This document shows positions 25,570-39,115 of a stretch of DNA of 64,000 nucleotides, piece by piece. The stretch spans positions 101,620,001 through 101,684,000 of the forward strand of contig NC_087437.1 of assembly GCF_036321535.1 (NCBI RefSeq). Reading direction: 5' to 3'. Both the position numbers and the translations under genes were made by a program. The stretch comes from Camelus dromedarius (Eukaryota). Positions within the stretch are counted from its first letter, which is position 1; every line of letters starts with the position of its first letter. Under the pieces are notes generated by a model. It searched no databases. It worked only from the letters and a program-made list of their open reading frames with translations, and was not told the DNA's origin.

Positions 25570-27260
25570 CTATCAGCTTTTTATTGTCCTACACATATGT
25601 TTTTCAGCATCCTAATTCTCTGCTTAACAGTTTAGACTCTTCAACATCCAAACTATCTTCTTCTTTGATTCCATATTTCACCATCATAAAACTGCACTCA
25701 TACACAGTAACAACTACCTTGCACAAACCACTATTTTCATGATGCAAGCCTGGAAAATTCCAATTCATGTCCACTGTAGAGCCGGCAAATGTGGGTGGTT
25801 AAGAAGACTTACAATCTTGCTGAGTAGTCTTACTTTCAATCAGAAAACTCTAACATCAATGCTGATGCCTGTCAATCCTACTGTATTTTGGCAAGCCCAT
25901 TTCTTCTTTCATTTCCTTAATTTATAGCTGTGTCTCCATTTCAAATGCCTCCCTGAATCTCACTCTCAACTGACGACCCTCATTCTTATTTCACTGACAA
26001 AATTTAAAAGGAAAAAAAAAAAACTTGCATATGACCTCAACCTTCAGACTTTTTGTTAATTTATCCTCATTTCCCTGGACTCAAACACTGGAGCCTGGAG
26101 CCTATCAGGGCATCTTTGTCCCCTTCCAATACTCACTTTATTGTTGATTTTAAGTATCAGTTATGTGCTGGCTCTTTGCCAATTTAATGAGCTGCTAAAA
26201 CTTCTCCCTCATCTGCAGATACACACAGTTAAGCGCCTTATCAACACCTGCACGAAGACATCTAAAGTGTTCTACAGCTCCACATGTCCAAGACTGTGGA
26301 GCTGTGGAAGAAGCATCCCCACCAGACTAACAAAATTAATTTCTCTCTTCCAGATAATATGTCCCCATTTCCACTGTGGTAGATGAGACAGTGTCACTAA
26401 TTCTAGCCATTAGAGTTCACACAGATGTGAAGTATACCACTTAAATTCCTAGCTTGAAACTAAGTATCACTTAGAACCCTCTATGTTCCTTTGCGCTCTG
26501 ATGGGTAGGATGGAGACATCCCCAGACCATATGTAACAAGGGCAGAGTTATATAATGAAAGGACCTGGGATACCTACTTCACTGCTTGGATGAGATCCTC
26601 CTTACCAAAAACAAGCACACAAACAAACAAACAAAAAATAGCAGATTAATACATGTGTGCAAAATGTACAAAGGCTAAGTCCTTGATGTTTCAAGAGTTT
26701 ACTGGTTTCAGAAAATAGAATCGTAACAGGTACAATATCTTGAACATCTGAACTCTTTGTATTGGATACTCATTCATCAACCATATTCATAATTTGACCA
26801 TTTTTCCCCAACTCCTCTGTTGTAAGCTACTGCTCTAAATCCCTGCTCTCTCCCAACAAGATTATTGCAATAGCTGCAGAAATATTTCCCTTGGAAACAT
26901 ATTTACATCTTTATCCACTATAATTTTGTTTTCAAACGATCCTGTTAAAACTTAAATCAGACAATGTCACACTTCTGCTCAAAACTATACAGTAGATTCT
27001 CTTCTCAGAATAAGCCCCATAGATTTATATAAACTGTCTCTCTCATTACCTCTTTGACCTGCCCTTCTACCTTTCTGTGCCTCCCACTCTACTGTAATTC
27101 TCTAGCTACTTTGTAGGTCCTTTAATATGCCAAGTGCAGATGCACTTTTGTGTCTTTGCTTTAGTTGTTCCTTCTGCTTGAACGGCTTTTATCCCAAGAT
27201 ATATGCAAAGCTTTTTCATCCCATGCACTCAGGCACCTGTTCAAATTTGTTGGATGAGCA
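25570..27260 (+). mobile_element. L2 LINE fragments, probably interrupted by an old MaLR LTR at ~26300-26730
   Basis: L2 motifs 'tcttatttcactgacaaaat', 'gattattgcaatagc', 'aaatcagacaatgtcacacttctgctcaaaac'. Confidence 0.6.
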
Positions 27261-27289
27261 CATAACAGTTCATTTATCTATTTTATTTT

Positions 27290-27900
27290 TGTTATTTCCA
27301 TTTCATGATAAATGAACTGTTTTTAGTTTTATGCCTTTATAAACAATGCATGTCTTAGAGCATATTTGAAAGCCTTCCAGTACAGTACTTACCTGAGTTT
27401 TATATCCCATATTATAGTTAAATTGCTGGGCCATGACATTTGGGATGCTCAGAATAAGCCAGGTAGTGTCAGTTTATACCTCCACCAACAATGGATAAAT
27501 GTTGCAGGACTTCAAACTCTTTGCTAAAATTGAAGTTGCCCACTTAAATTTTTTTTTAATTTTTAATGTTTTCTGATAATCTAATGCATGGGCTTTGATT
27601 ATCAGTGCCCTGATCACTAACATATTTCCACAACTTTTCATTTGTTCATAGACTATTTGTGCAATCTGTTTTGTTAGATGTTTGGTCAAATCTTTAGTCT
27701 ATTTTTTTCCTGCAGTTTTTTACCTTTCTTACTGACTCGATGAGTTACTCTTGTTACTTTTTCATATGTTATATTATTTGCCATTATTTCTTTTTTAGTT
27801 GTGAATGGTCTTCAATTTTTTTCTCTCTTTTAGCAATGCATATTAATGATCATAAGTACTTAGGCTATCAACTTTTGAATTTTTCCACTTTTGTGCTCTG
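27290..27900 (-). mobile_element. Old L1M ORF2 fragment
   Basis: 'cagtttatacctccaccaacaatggataaatgttg', 'ggtcaaatctttagtctatttttt'. The ORF-track peptide 27474-27689 is a decayed ORF2 C-terminal piece. Confidence 0.65.
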
Positions 27901-28007
27901 ATTAAACATTTTTAGGTGCTCTATTTTGATATGACAGTTTTTTATTGAATGAAATAAAATAATAGTAAAAAAGAATTAAAAATCTTATTAAAAACCACAT
28001 AGGAGTG

Positions 28008-28515
28008 TGTAAGAGGGAAGAACAAATCTGACTCTACATTAGATCTGTTCCTTTAGCTCTAACCCTGTGCTCTGTTTCCAGTGCTTAGTCATGCTGGTTC
28101 TGCACCTTTTGTAAAAGAATGTTGCCTATAGCCTGAAATGTACAGCATAGCCTATACCTTTAAGGGTGTAACAGGTTCCTGTTCATATAAAGATAAAGAG
28201 TCGTAGAATAGAAAATAACATTTGTCTTGTTGGAGGTTTGCAGGGACACTATGACCTGTCCTATGTGGACAGCTGCAAGGACAAAGGAGTCTGGCACCAA
28301 AAGTTTGCAACAACCAACCACACTCCCTTCCCTTTTTAGTACAAAAAGTGCCTGAATCCTGACTTGGGGAAGATGGCTCTCCAGGACATTAGTCTGCCAC
28401 CTCCTTGGTCTGCTGGCTTTCCAAATAAAGTTGTTATTTCTTGCCCCAATACTTTGTCTCTTGATTTTATTGGCCTGCTGTGCAGCAAGCAGAACGAGTT
28501 TGAACTCATTAAACA
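28008..28515 (+). mobile_element. ERV1 solo LTR (MER41-like)
   Basis: Termini tgtaagag...gaacgagtttgaactcattaaaca; 'tctgctggctttccaaataaagttg' poly(A) block; flanks agtg/agta (4-bp TSD, 1 mismatch). Confidence 0.85.
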
Positions 28516-28599
28516 AGTAGTTTCTAGTGCCTTTTAAAAAATGTTTGAAATCCTATGAAAGATTTTTTTTCATTTCTGGGGATAACATTGATACTATCT

Positions 28600-31050
28600 T
28601 TTTAATCTTTAAAATATCTTCAGCAACTTTAAATGTGTCATTATTTTACCCACAATGTTTTAGAATATTATTCCATTGTCTCTTGCCTTCCCATTACTTC
28701 CCTTAAGAAGTGAGTTATACATCTTGTTGCTTATTTGAGGTTAACACATCTTTTACTACTGCTATTTTTATGAACTAAATTTTTTTTTTCTGATTTTCAG
28801 GAATTTTGTTTGCTGTAAGTGTAGTTTTCTTTGTATCCTATAGTACAGTCACCTTAAATCAATTTCTTTTTCACATCTGTTCTTATCTGTCACCTTGTTT
28901 GAATTCCCTCTTTCATCTCTATCTGGTTCTGTCTGTTTTTTTCCTCTTGCTTCTTCAGTTTGAGTATTTTCTATTATTTTATTTTTTTGTCTGCTAATTC
29001 TTTATCTTACTGTGTTGACCTGCTGTTAAATCTATGCCTTTAGCTAATTACAGATATGGAAAATTTTCATTCTAAAATATGGTTATGATTATTATAATGA
29101 TACCAAATTTCTTCTAAAATTCTCTTTCCTTTTATCTATTTTAATCATCATTTCATCTGTTTTTTCACTGTACTAAGCAAAGTTTTATTCATGTTTCCTT
29201 CTAACTCCAAATTCTTGACAATTTGTACATTTGGTTTTACTGTTAATTTTCTCTAAAATATCTGTCATATTTTGGTCTATTTGAATGTCTGGTAATCTTT
29301 ATAATATGCTAAACTATGTATAATGTCACTGTAGAGAATCCAAATTTTTTGTTTGTTAGCTAGTTTGTTTTTTCCACCAGAGAGGATTCTCTTGTTTCTC
29401 TGTTATGCAGACAGGACTAGAGTATCCACATTTCAATCCAAACATGGGCATTGCTGGATGGAAATTTGAGAATACTTGACATACTTAAGTTTCATTCCTG
29501 TTCCTTGAGTTGGGCTCTGGGGCTCTTGATTGAGACTTTAACAGATTTCCATGGCTTCACTCCTGAAAATCTACAGTGTATTGATTGTTATCCTTAATCA
29601 TTTTCCCAGTCTGTATCTTCAGTCTCCTACTCCAGTGCAGAGCAAATATGCTGGATATACCTGTAGGCAAAACTAGCTTTGCTCCTTAAGCACAGTGACA
29701 ATAAAGAAAATTTTACTCTGCCTTTAAAAAGTCTGTAACTCTAGGTCTCTGGCTTCTCGAGCAGCCCCAGAACCCAGATAATATTCTGTGGTGAGATTTA
29801 AGCATTGGTTGATAACCCATAAGTCTTGAAATTTTGATTTCTAAAACCTTTGTTTTTTCTTTCCTTCAGTATAGTTTGTCTGCCTATGCTGATCCCAATC
29901 CTATGTCCACACCCAGAATTGGAAGAGGCATCAGTTTATTAAACAAAATTAAAACAGTGATGGTGAAAATCAGGTTAATTCAAATACATGCTAAACTATC
30001 TTAAATGAGATTAAAAACACTAAAATTAAATAAAAGCCACTTTTTATGTGGTGAAATCTGTAGTAATTTAATTAAATTAGATAAATAAAAATTATTAATT
30101 TATTTTCTTTGTTTAGCCCAGGATTTGTTACTAAATGAGTTGATACCATTTTTTTTTAGGAATATATGTTTTCAGATTTCTTGTTTTGATATTTTTGGAT
30201 CAGTGACTGTAGGTCTGCTAGTTTCCCTATTCACCTTCTGATTAATAAATAAAAATCAGAACTTTTATTTTTCCATTAATCCTTTGTCAATGCATAAACT
30301 ATTAGTGCTGTATATTTTAATTTCAGCTTAATTTTCTTAAACCTCAAAATCATTATTGTCAGTTTAAAAAGTGATTATATTTCTGCTTACAACTTTATTC
30401 TCTATTTCTTCTTCGATCTTTTTTTCTATCTGAAGTAACTTTTTTGTTATTTTATTTCATTATTTAATTTACTAATTAATTCATTTATATTTAGTGAGAT
30501 TTTGCTGGGTGCAACTCTTACTGTTTTTATTTGGTAAAAATTTCCATTTATCTAACATTATTAAAGTATTTGCATTTAGTACAAAATTCTAACTAGAAAC
30601 TTATGTATTTTTATCACAGTAGATAAAATTACATTGTTTTCTGGATTTTAATTTTGATTTTTGGATGTTAGCATAACTTGCCTCTAAAAGTGAACTATTT
30701 TGTTTTCTCCCTTAAATCTCTATATATTCCTTTATGTGTCTTTCAATCTTTATATAGATTCTACTGACTACCCTACTTGGGATTTGAACATATTCTTGTG
30801 TATTTGAATTGATTTTTTTCATCCATTCTGAAACATTTTTTCTTCTAGTTTGCTTCTGTCCTAATCTCTCACTCTTCTTTCTCTAAATCCAAGTAGACAT
30901 GAATTAGACTTTCTCACTGTTATTTCTTATAAGCTCACATTTATTCTTATCTCCTTATCTCAAGCAATTTGGGTAATTTCCTTATTTTTAATCTTTGAAT
31001 TTTCTAATAAACTGCTGATTCTTATATGAAAATGTTTGAGTTTACATTTT
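28600..31050 (-). mobile_element. Decayed L1M/HAL1 5'/ORF1-region fragments (probably two pieces)
   Basis: Antisense ORF1 motifs twice: 'tattattccattgtctcttgccttcc' near 28670 and 'acattgttttctggatttt' near 30630; T-rich skew. Confidence 0.55.
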
Positions 31051-33149
31051 AACATTTGTAATAAACATAATACTCTAATCTTTAAGATATGAAGTGAGAA
31101 ACAGGAGGAGAAGGAAGGCTTAAGTTTTATCAGAAATTGCTAACCCTCTTTTGTACCTTTCATCCCAGCCAAGGTCCAGGTTCCTAGAACTCTGTTGGCA
31201 TTTATTAAGTTCTCCCTTAAACTAGGCTTAGGGCAGGCAAATATCTTTATAATCTTTACTTGCTCCCTGGATCTCAACCCTTCTCAGGCCCAGAGTCCTT
31301 GTAAAACCACCAAATCACCAGTGCCATCTGTAATAACTAACCATGAGAAAGTTGGAAGAAGTTTTTGAATGATTTTTTAGGTCTTTACTCTTATTTCAAT
31401 TTTCCAGATTTAGTTTAAAAAGGAGAAACCAACGGCCATGTCATTCTGCCATATTGCCAGAAGTATTTTAAATCATATTTAAGGAACAAATTATATGCTT
31501 CTTACCACAGGAAATGAAAAACAGTAAGTCAGATATACTACTATAAATATGTTTTAATTCCATTCTCTTGAATCAAGAGATGCTTGTGACAACTACTAAA
31601 CCAAGGACAAGAAATTTTATTTTAGAGATGTCTTTATCCTCTACCATTCTTTAAATAAATAATGCAAACCAACTATGAAAACTCTTAGGTCTTCAATAAT
31701 TTCAACTATAGAAAAGAATAATTACAGTCTAAATGTTCTAAGAATATATGATATGCATTTCACAATTTCTGTACTGTTTTAATAAGTAATTAATAATTCT
31801 CAAATATGTCCTTAGGGATTATATTTCTATATGGTCCTTTATATTTACTTCATGTTACCTGTCTGTGTACTTTCATATTAATTACATTATGAAACAGTGA
31901 TTCAACTCTAATGAATTATGTAGAATAAACCACTTGATATGAAATAGTTGTTATTTGAATTAATAAATATAAAAAACCTTTGCTATTATTCTCCAAGTGT
32001 GAGAAAATTCAGTGAAATAACAACACTACCAAATAATGACAGAATCTTTTCTGTGTCCACCATGTCTTAATAAATGTTTAAACACATTCTTTATTAATTT
32101 AGAGTTATTCTTGAGTTTTAAATATAAACTCAATTCTCTAAGACTTACTTATTTAAGTTTTATAGCAGTGTCCAAAGATTATTTCATGGTTTGCATATTT
32201 CCAAATTCAAAGATAATTTCTATATTATTCTTATCTGAAATTGAAAGTTTCCAAACTGCAACACTCTTTATACAATGATTCCTGAGAGAATTGTACTGAT
32301 TGGGTTTTGTTTTAAAAAGATGAGACATACTAAGATTTCAGTTCCATATTATTTTCTTGATGAAGAAACTGTCCTTATTCAATGATGCAGAAAATATTTA
32401 GTTTCCTCTTAAAACCATAGATTCCTGTTGAGATATGAAAGAACTGGATCTAGTATTAGAAGATTAATGACAATATTTTCATTTTTTATAAATGTACTCT
32501 TTCCTTATTAATATCTTCTTGTTTTTCAGCAAATACCTGCATGAATACTAAGTGGAAAACTTCTGTCTTAGTATTTATAACCTCTAATGACTGGTCAGGC
32601 TAGAGTACCCTTAATAAAATAATCCAATAAAAGAGTTCTCAAAGTATGTGACTAAGACACTGTGGAGGTGCTGTTGAACAAGGCAGAAAAAGTGTAGGAA
32701 ACGTTATGTTAAAATGAAGTAGATTTCTTTCTGCAAGAGAGCTAAAATATTCTAATCTGTTAATGGATATGGAACATTTCCAATTGGAGATGCATGATTA
32801 AATATTTTCTAAACTTATTTGCAATACCTCATAGGACTAGCTCTAGTTCATACTTTTAGAAATGCTAACTTAATGGCAAAATTTCTTCAGGAAAATGTGG
32901 TCTTCACTGATAATAAATAAGTAAAATAGTAAAGATAAATATACTAATATGTTTTACTGTAAAGAGCAATTATTTTGTTATGAAACGTGGACAGCAAATA
33001 GGAGACTCTGATTCTAACATCATTGGCATCATTATTGATGGAAGGAATGGTGAGCCAGACTGACAGATAATTTGGGCCATTGGGAATATAATAAGTACAA
33101 TACATATACCAGGTTAGACTTTTTCTAATCTTTTTAATATATGTATGTG

Positions 33150-33292
33150 CTTAAGAACCCCATAGGAATGCTGTTAAAAACAAAGATTCCCACATTTTGC
33201 TTGGAAACATCTGGGTCAAATTCAGGCACCTGTACTTTCAAGTTTCTCAGTGATTTGAGTGATCAATAAAGCATGAGAACTAATGGGCTAGA
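33150..33292. mobile_element. MER5A-like hAT-Charlie MITE
   Basis: 'gctgttaaaaacaaagattcccac...cagtgatttgagtg...tgagaactaatgggctag' resembles MER5A. Confidence 0.55.
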
Positions 33293-33309
33293 TGAAGAGT
33301 AGAAAATCT

Positions 33310-33490
33310 ATATAGAACATGGGTCAAATCTGATCCACAGTCTGCTGTAGGTTAGAATGGTTTTTCCATTTTTAAGGTGTTGGGCAAAAAATAAATAAAT
33401 AAAAGTGTATGTGACACAGACTATATGTAGCTTGCAAAGCCGAACATATTCTTTGGCCCACTACCAAACAAATTTCTTATCTCTGGTCTA
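33310..33490 (+). mobile_element. MER58-like hAT-Charlie MITE
   Basis: 'gggtcaaatctgatccacagtctg...tagaatggtttttccatttttaa...gtgacacagactatatgtagcttgcaaagcc...tctctggtcta'. Confidence 0.65.
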
Positions 33491-33491
33491 T

Positions 33492-34500
33492 TAGCTGTAT
33501 TGAAATGTAATTTACATAACATAACTTCATCCTTTTAAAGTGCATAACCTGGTGGTATTTAGTATGTTCACAAAATTGTGCATCGTCGCTACTGTCTAAT
33601 TTTAGAACATTGTCATTGCCCCTAAAAGAGATCATGAGATTAGCATGATTAGCAGTCATTCCCGATTCCTCTCTCTATCCAGTTTCTGGCAATCACCAAT
33701 CTACTTTCTAACTCTATAAACTGGCCTTTGTTGGACACTTTATATAAATGAAATGATGCAACATATGTACTTTTGTGACTGGCTTCTTTCAATTAGTATA
33801 ATGTTTTCAAGGGTCTTTCATGTTGCTGAATGTATCAGTATTTCATTTTGTTTTATTATTAAATCATGTTACATTGCATGGGCATGCTAAATCTTATCTA
33901 TCCATTCATTCATCCACTTATTGGTTGACAGACATTTGGACTGTTTTCAGTTTTTATCTATTTTGAATAGTGTAGCTGTAAACATTCATGCACAAATTTT
34001 TGTGTGTACATATTTTCAATTTTTCTCAATTGCTTATGATATATAAAACTATAATCATATATATAATATGTGTGTATATATGTGTGTGTGTGTGTGTATA
34101 TATATATAATATATAATATATATATACATCATCTGGTAACTCTACATTTAACATTCTTAGAAACTGCCAAACTATTTTCCAAAGTGGCTGCACCATTTTA
34201 TTTTCACCCTCAATGTATTAGATATAAATTTTCCACATTGCTCTCAACTCATTTTTTTGCCTCTCTTATTTTTGCCATCCTAATGTATTTGAAGTGATAT
34301 CTTATAGTTTTGAGTTGCATTTCCATACTGACTTCTGATGCTAAGATTTTTTTCATGTACTTATTGGTCTTTCGTATATCTTCTTTGTAGAAGTTTCTAT
34401 TAAACCTTTTGCCACTTTTAATTTTGTTATGCTTCTTTTTTATTTTTGAGTTATTTATGTATGCTTTATATATTTTATATACAAATCCTTTATCAGATAA
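33492..34500 (-). mobile_element. L1MB-like 3' end with ORF2 C-terminus
   Basis: 'attgaaatgtaatttacataacataacttcatccttttaaagtg...gtatgttcacaaaattgtgca...aattttagaacatt', 'aactgccaaactattttccaaagtggctgcaccatttta', 'aatcctttatcagata'. Confidence 0.9.
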
Positions 34501-35721
34501 TGAAGGTGTCAGATTCCAAATTTTGAATTGCTGCATCAGAATGTGATGGTAAAAAGTTAAAACCTGTAAACTTTATTCAACCAGAGAGAGCTATTTTTTT
34601 TTTTTTGTATTCCATATATCAAAGGTTCTAAAAGATTTTTTTCTATGTCATTTTCCAATCTCTAATAAAACACATACACATAAACCCCTTAATCACAAGC
34701 ATCAATGTTACTGAAGTATGATGTTTCCATGATTATTGTGACTATATTTAAGTTTTGGAACAAACTTAATGACAGACTATGTCATCACCTGAGATATACA
34801 TATCACAGCTGTAAGAGAGGAACAGGGCCAGAGTGTGAGCTCCGGATCACTTGGATTCCCGTGTTTTCCAAAGCAGCTACAAAGAACATGAAATGAGTGA
34901 GGGAAAAGGGCCTCTCTGTTATTGATGTCCAGCCAAATAACATTTGGGGAAAAGGCTAATCAGCAATGCATAAAAAATCCTCTGAAATTCTAAACAGGAT
35001 TCAAAGAGGGGAAAATCAATGGAAGACCATTAAAAAAAAAGAAAGACTAAAACAAATGGAGTGAAACTAAGAGAACAAACCCATTTCTAATGTTTTGCCT
35101 TTTAAGTGTCATTTAAAACAATCCCAAACGTATCAACAGAATGAATGTCATTGATGAAAATGTTCAAGTTGCATAAAAAATTATCCTCTTCCTCATTCCC
35201 ATTTCTACTCTAAGTCGTTAGTCTTGGCACAGATTATTGTGCCATATGCTAGTTCTGTTTCTATGCATCAAATATGGCAATACCTATGTAGATTTATATA
35301 AATAGATCCACATAATCTGTGTACCTTAATATCTAGTAATTCCACTACTGAAAGTCAATTAGTTTCTTTCCATGGCTTATTGCTTAAAAATGGCAATGAA
35401 TATTTTATCTATATATGTGCAGTGACACTATTTCTATCAGATTCTTAAAAAGGAATAATTTAGAAAGGGATTTCTGTGTTCTTACCGTCATTACATCAAT
35501 TACCAAATTTGTCCCTCATAAGATTTTTGGAATGTCTAAGTATATTTTGTTCTAGAAAACTGGGGTGCTTAAATGAAGAGAGTAGCTTTAGAAGTACTCT
35601 AACTGCCATGATTAATGAGGCAAACAGTGACTCCATTTTATAAAACTGACATAAATATCACGGCATAATATCAATCTCAAGTGTGAGATACTTTATGTTC
35701 TCTTTGTGATTATGCCATAAG

Positions 35722-35810
35722 GTGTGTGTATATGTGTGTGTGCATGTGTGTGTGTCTGTGTGTGCTTGAACCAAAAAAAAAAAAAAAAAAAAAAAAGAGA
35801 GAGAGAGAGA
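35722..35810. repeat. Compound (TG)n / poly(A) / (AG)n simple repeat
   Basis: Directly visible. Confidence 0.9.
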
Positions 35811-36449
35811 AAATAACTTTGAAAAATTTGGGACACGTATTTTTTTCTTTAGAGACAATATTTCATCTCTTCTCAAACATTACTTTGTTCTATTGAAAGT
35901 GCTTTCTCCAAAATGAAATATCACATGCTTTGAAACACACACACAAAATAATCTGAAATCAATAGCAACAGAATAATCACTTTGATTGACCAAATACCTT
36001 TCCACAATTAGCATATGGCAAGAATATATTTTATCCTTCCTGTGAAGAAGAAAATTTCTACCTTCTGCTTTTGTCTTTTCTCAGATCACGTATACATGAA
36101 AAATAGACATTTATCTGTATTGAGATGATACAAATCATGTAATTATTCTGCTTTTTCTGTGATTAAATGGAGGAGCCACTGATAATGCCAAACCAGTCCA
36201 GCTATAATTAAGACACTGTGTTATTCAATGTTTGATTTAGTTAAATAATTCCAATGGTTTTCTATTGAAATTAACTTCTGGATAGTGGCATTAGAAATTG
36301 AGAGAATTATTCTCAAAGGTTTATAAAATGATTCTAAAACTTCTTAAATTCAATTTCAAGGACATGAAAGGATGAAAATGGTCTTTATTTATATAAATCT
36401 CAAGATATTTGAAAATAAATTAGGCAAATTAATATTAGCATTTGGATAA

Positions 36450-36935
36450 TTTACTTGACTTTTTTAACAGGAGAAAAACAGACGGAAGTTCAGTAACATG
36501 TATAGCCCTGGTATACACAGGGGGTACCAAGGAAAACTGTGTAACTCATTGAAATGACCCAAGCCATCACCTTAAATACAATCTATGGTCAAAAAAATGA
36601 AGGAAGATATGGGTGGGTGGGGCGTGGGCAAGGTATGGAAGGTAACCAGGAAAAGCACAGTAAACTTGGTAAGGTTGTTATGCAGATTTAAATTAGTTGC
36701 CTTCTCCATTGATAAGAGTTTCTAGAGATTTAGAGTCACCTTTGTCTTCCTGGTAGAAAGCTCCCTTACAAATGGAGACTTCCACTATAAATGTAAATGT
36801 CTCTTACTAGAGGATAACTTCTCAGTTTGCCGAATGAGCTTCTCTTGTGTCTTCCATTTCTTAAAAACAACCCACTCAAAATAATCAATATAAAAAAGAA
36901 GCATGTCTGGGGGTGGTATATTTTGTTCCCATTCA
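36450..36935 (-). mobile_element. ERV1 LTR (MER34/MER39-like)
   Basis: Ends 'tgggggtggtatattttgttcccattca', similar to the reverse complement of the MER34-type start TGAAGGGG..AGAATATGCCACCCCAAA; 'cccttacaaatggagacttcc...ataaatgtaaat' motif. Confidence 0.75.
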
Positions 36936-38957
36936 CTCATCAACTTCCTGAAAATTCCAATCCTTGATTCACTTATCTTAGTTTGCTAGCACTGCCTTAA
37001 CCCTACTAGTTTCCTTCTTTACTCAATCTGAATTTTTATGGTTAATCATCTAACCCATTCTCCTAGCAGCACCCTTGATTCCCTTATGTCCTCATCCATT
37101 TACTGATCTCACCACAAAAAATGGTCCAAGGGACATCCTGGCAATGTAAAACTGCTGGAAACCAACCAACCAACCAAACAGAACACCAACACTAATCTTT
37201 ATTAAACATTTACTTGACTTAAAAAAAAAAAAACATAGTGCTTCCACTATTTTTTAATTAATATAAAGACTAGCAATTTACAGAAGTAAAAACTCCTGAT
37301 GTAGAATTAATCAAAGTGCCTCCATGCAGCCTGAGAACAAGTCCCATTGCTAAAGACTGAGGCAGCTCAAGGCAGATACACAATTGTGAGATGTAAGCCA
37401 TGCCTCTGTTGTAGCGGTATTATGCAAGATTCTCAACTGTGAAGTGTGGTCAACCCCCCAGAGACACATGTTCAAAGGTGATTTTTTTTCCAGTAATCAG
37501 CATAGAAATAAGCATGTGACTCCTTCACTCAGACTCCTTCACTCAGACTAAGGGAAGTCAGCTGGGAGAATTTTGGGAAAGTTTCTTTACTAATGAGGAT
37601 TAAAAGGTATAAAAATTTTTTTCATTGCTATTTACAATCTATGTTCAATCACCAGAAATGCAGGGCTACCATATAACAAACAGGTGAAGAACATAACAAG
37701 GTAAACTCCAGAAAATGTGGCATTTTCTTCTATTTCTTAGGCCTGACTTAGAAATTTCACTTTCCTACTTAAAAATAAATTCATTCATTCACAGAGGTAG
37801 TTATAGCCTAAGGATTTGCAAATAACCAAGCTGGACAAAATTTGGGAACCTCAGCAATCTTCATGCAAACAGTGACAAGGGAGTGATGAGTGACTGTTTT
37901 CTAAACCTTCTGCATTTTTATATGGAAAGGAAAGAAGTTATGTAAAGAGCAACAGGATGATGAGATAAGTTGTTTTGAACATATAATAATTTTATAAATG
38001 GAGGAGCAGATAGGTACTTATGGTAGAAAAATCTTTCATAGAAACATGTAAATATTTCTAAGAATATGCTCGTTTATTGTAAAATAACAACTGATCCAAT
38101 TATGAATTTACATGAATCTCGTCTGAAGAGTTTTTAAAAAGGATTTCTAATGTCAATATGCCAAATTGAATTTTTGAATTGCTTATACTAGGCTGTTGTA
38201 CTTGCAGAGTTATTAAGAAATACAATCAACATATTTTTAGTATGTATTGAATCAAAAGTTGCCAATCTATAGTAGATATATATTAGAAAGTTTTTCTCAA
38301 TTTTATCACTACCATAAATATCAAGTAGATTACCCTGACTTATGGACAATAGAACACTATGTAATAACACTTTTAAGAATTGAAAACTCAAATAAGCCAA
38401 ATCCAGTTTGAAAATTAAATAATGTCTTACACAGCACATTAGTATTAGTATTGACAGGATATTTATTGCAAATTTAATGGATACCTGGCTTTGAATTCTT
38501 TTTCTTCAAACACATCATTTCTCCAAAGGCAATTAACAAAATCTTGAGAAGTCCTATAGCAATAGGAAATTTTTCTAATCAAGAAAAATATCCATGGCAA
38601 TAATAAAAATGTATTACATTTGTTTTGATAAGTAAACGTTTGGACTCTTAAATTTATCATGATTACATTAGTAATTAGTATTTTTAAATATGTGAAGAAT
38701 AATCTAAAAACATTTTAAAAGATGCATAAATATGAAAGGGAAATGAATTTGGCACAGTTGGTGATTTTTTTCTGTTGACATATTTCCTTCAATTGGCTTC
38801 CATACACTAAATTTTCCTCAGTTAATTGTGCCTCCATTACTTGGATATTCCTTCTCTGTCTCTTTTGATGTATCTTCCTCAGTTCCTTACCTTATAACAC
38901 TGAACAAAGTGCTTCAAGAACAGTTCGCCAACCTCTCCCATTTCTATCTAGTCTCAC

Positions 38958-38960
<3 letters not shown>

Positions 38961-38991
<31 letters not shown>

Positions 38992-39115
38992 TGCACATGC
39001 AGTGCGAGAGGTGATTAGATTTATTTATTTATTTTCTGGGGAGGTACTGGGGATTGAACCCACGACCTTATGCATGCTAAGCATGCACTTTACCACTTGA
39101 GCTATACCCTCCCCC
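38961..39115 (-). mobile_element. tRNA-derived camelid SINE (vic-1-like) with (CA)n tail
   Basis: The minus strand reads gggggagggtatagctcaagtggtaaagtgcatgcttagcatgcataaggtcgtgggttcaatccccagtacctcc (Pol III A and B boxes), then an AAAT tail and (CA)n. TSD 'tagtctcac(c/t)ct' at 38949-38960 and 39116-39127. Confidence 0.9.

Noticed and set aside
39038..39115. tRNA gene calls here and at 45083-45160
   Set aside because: Both have A-rich tails, TSDs and degraded stems, so they are tRNA-derived SINEs rather than functional tRNAs.
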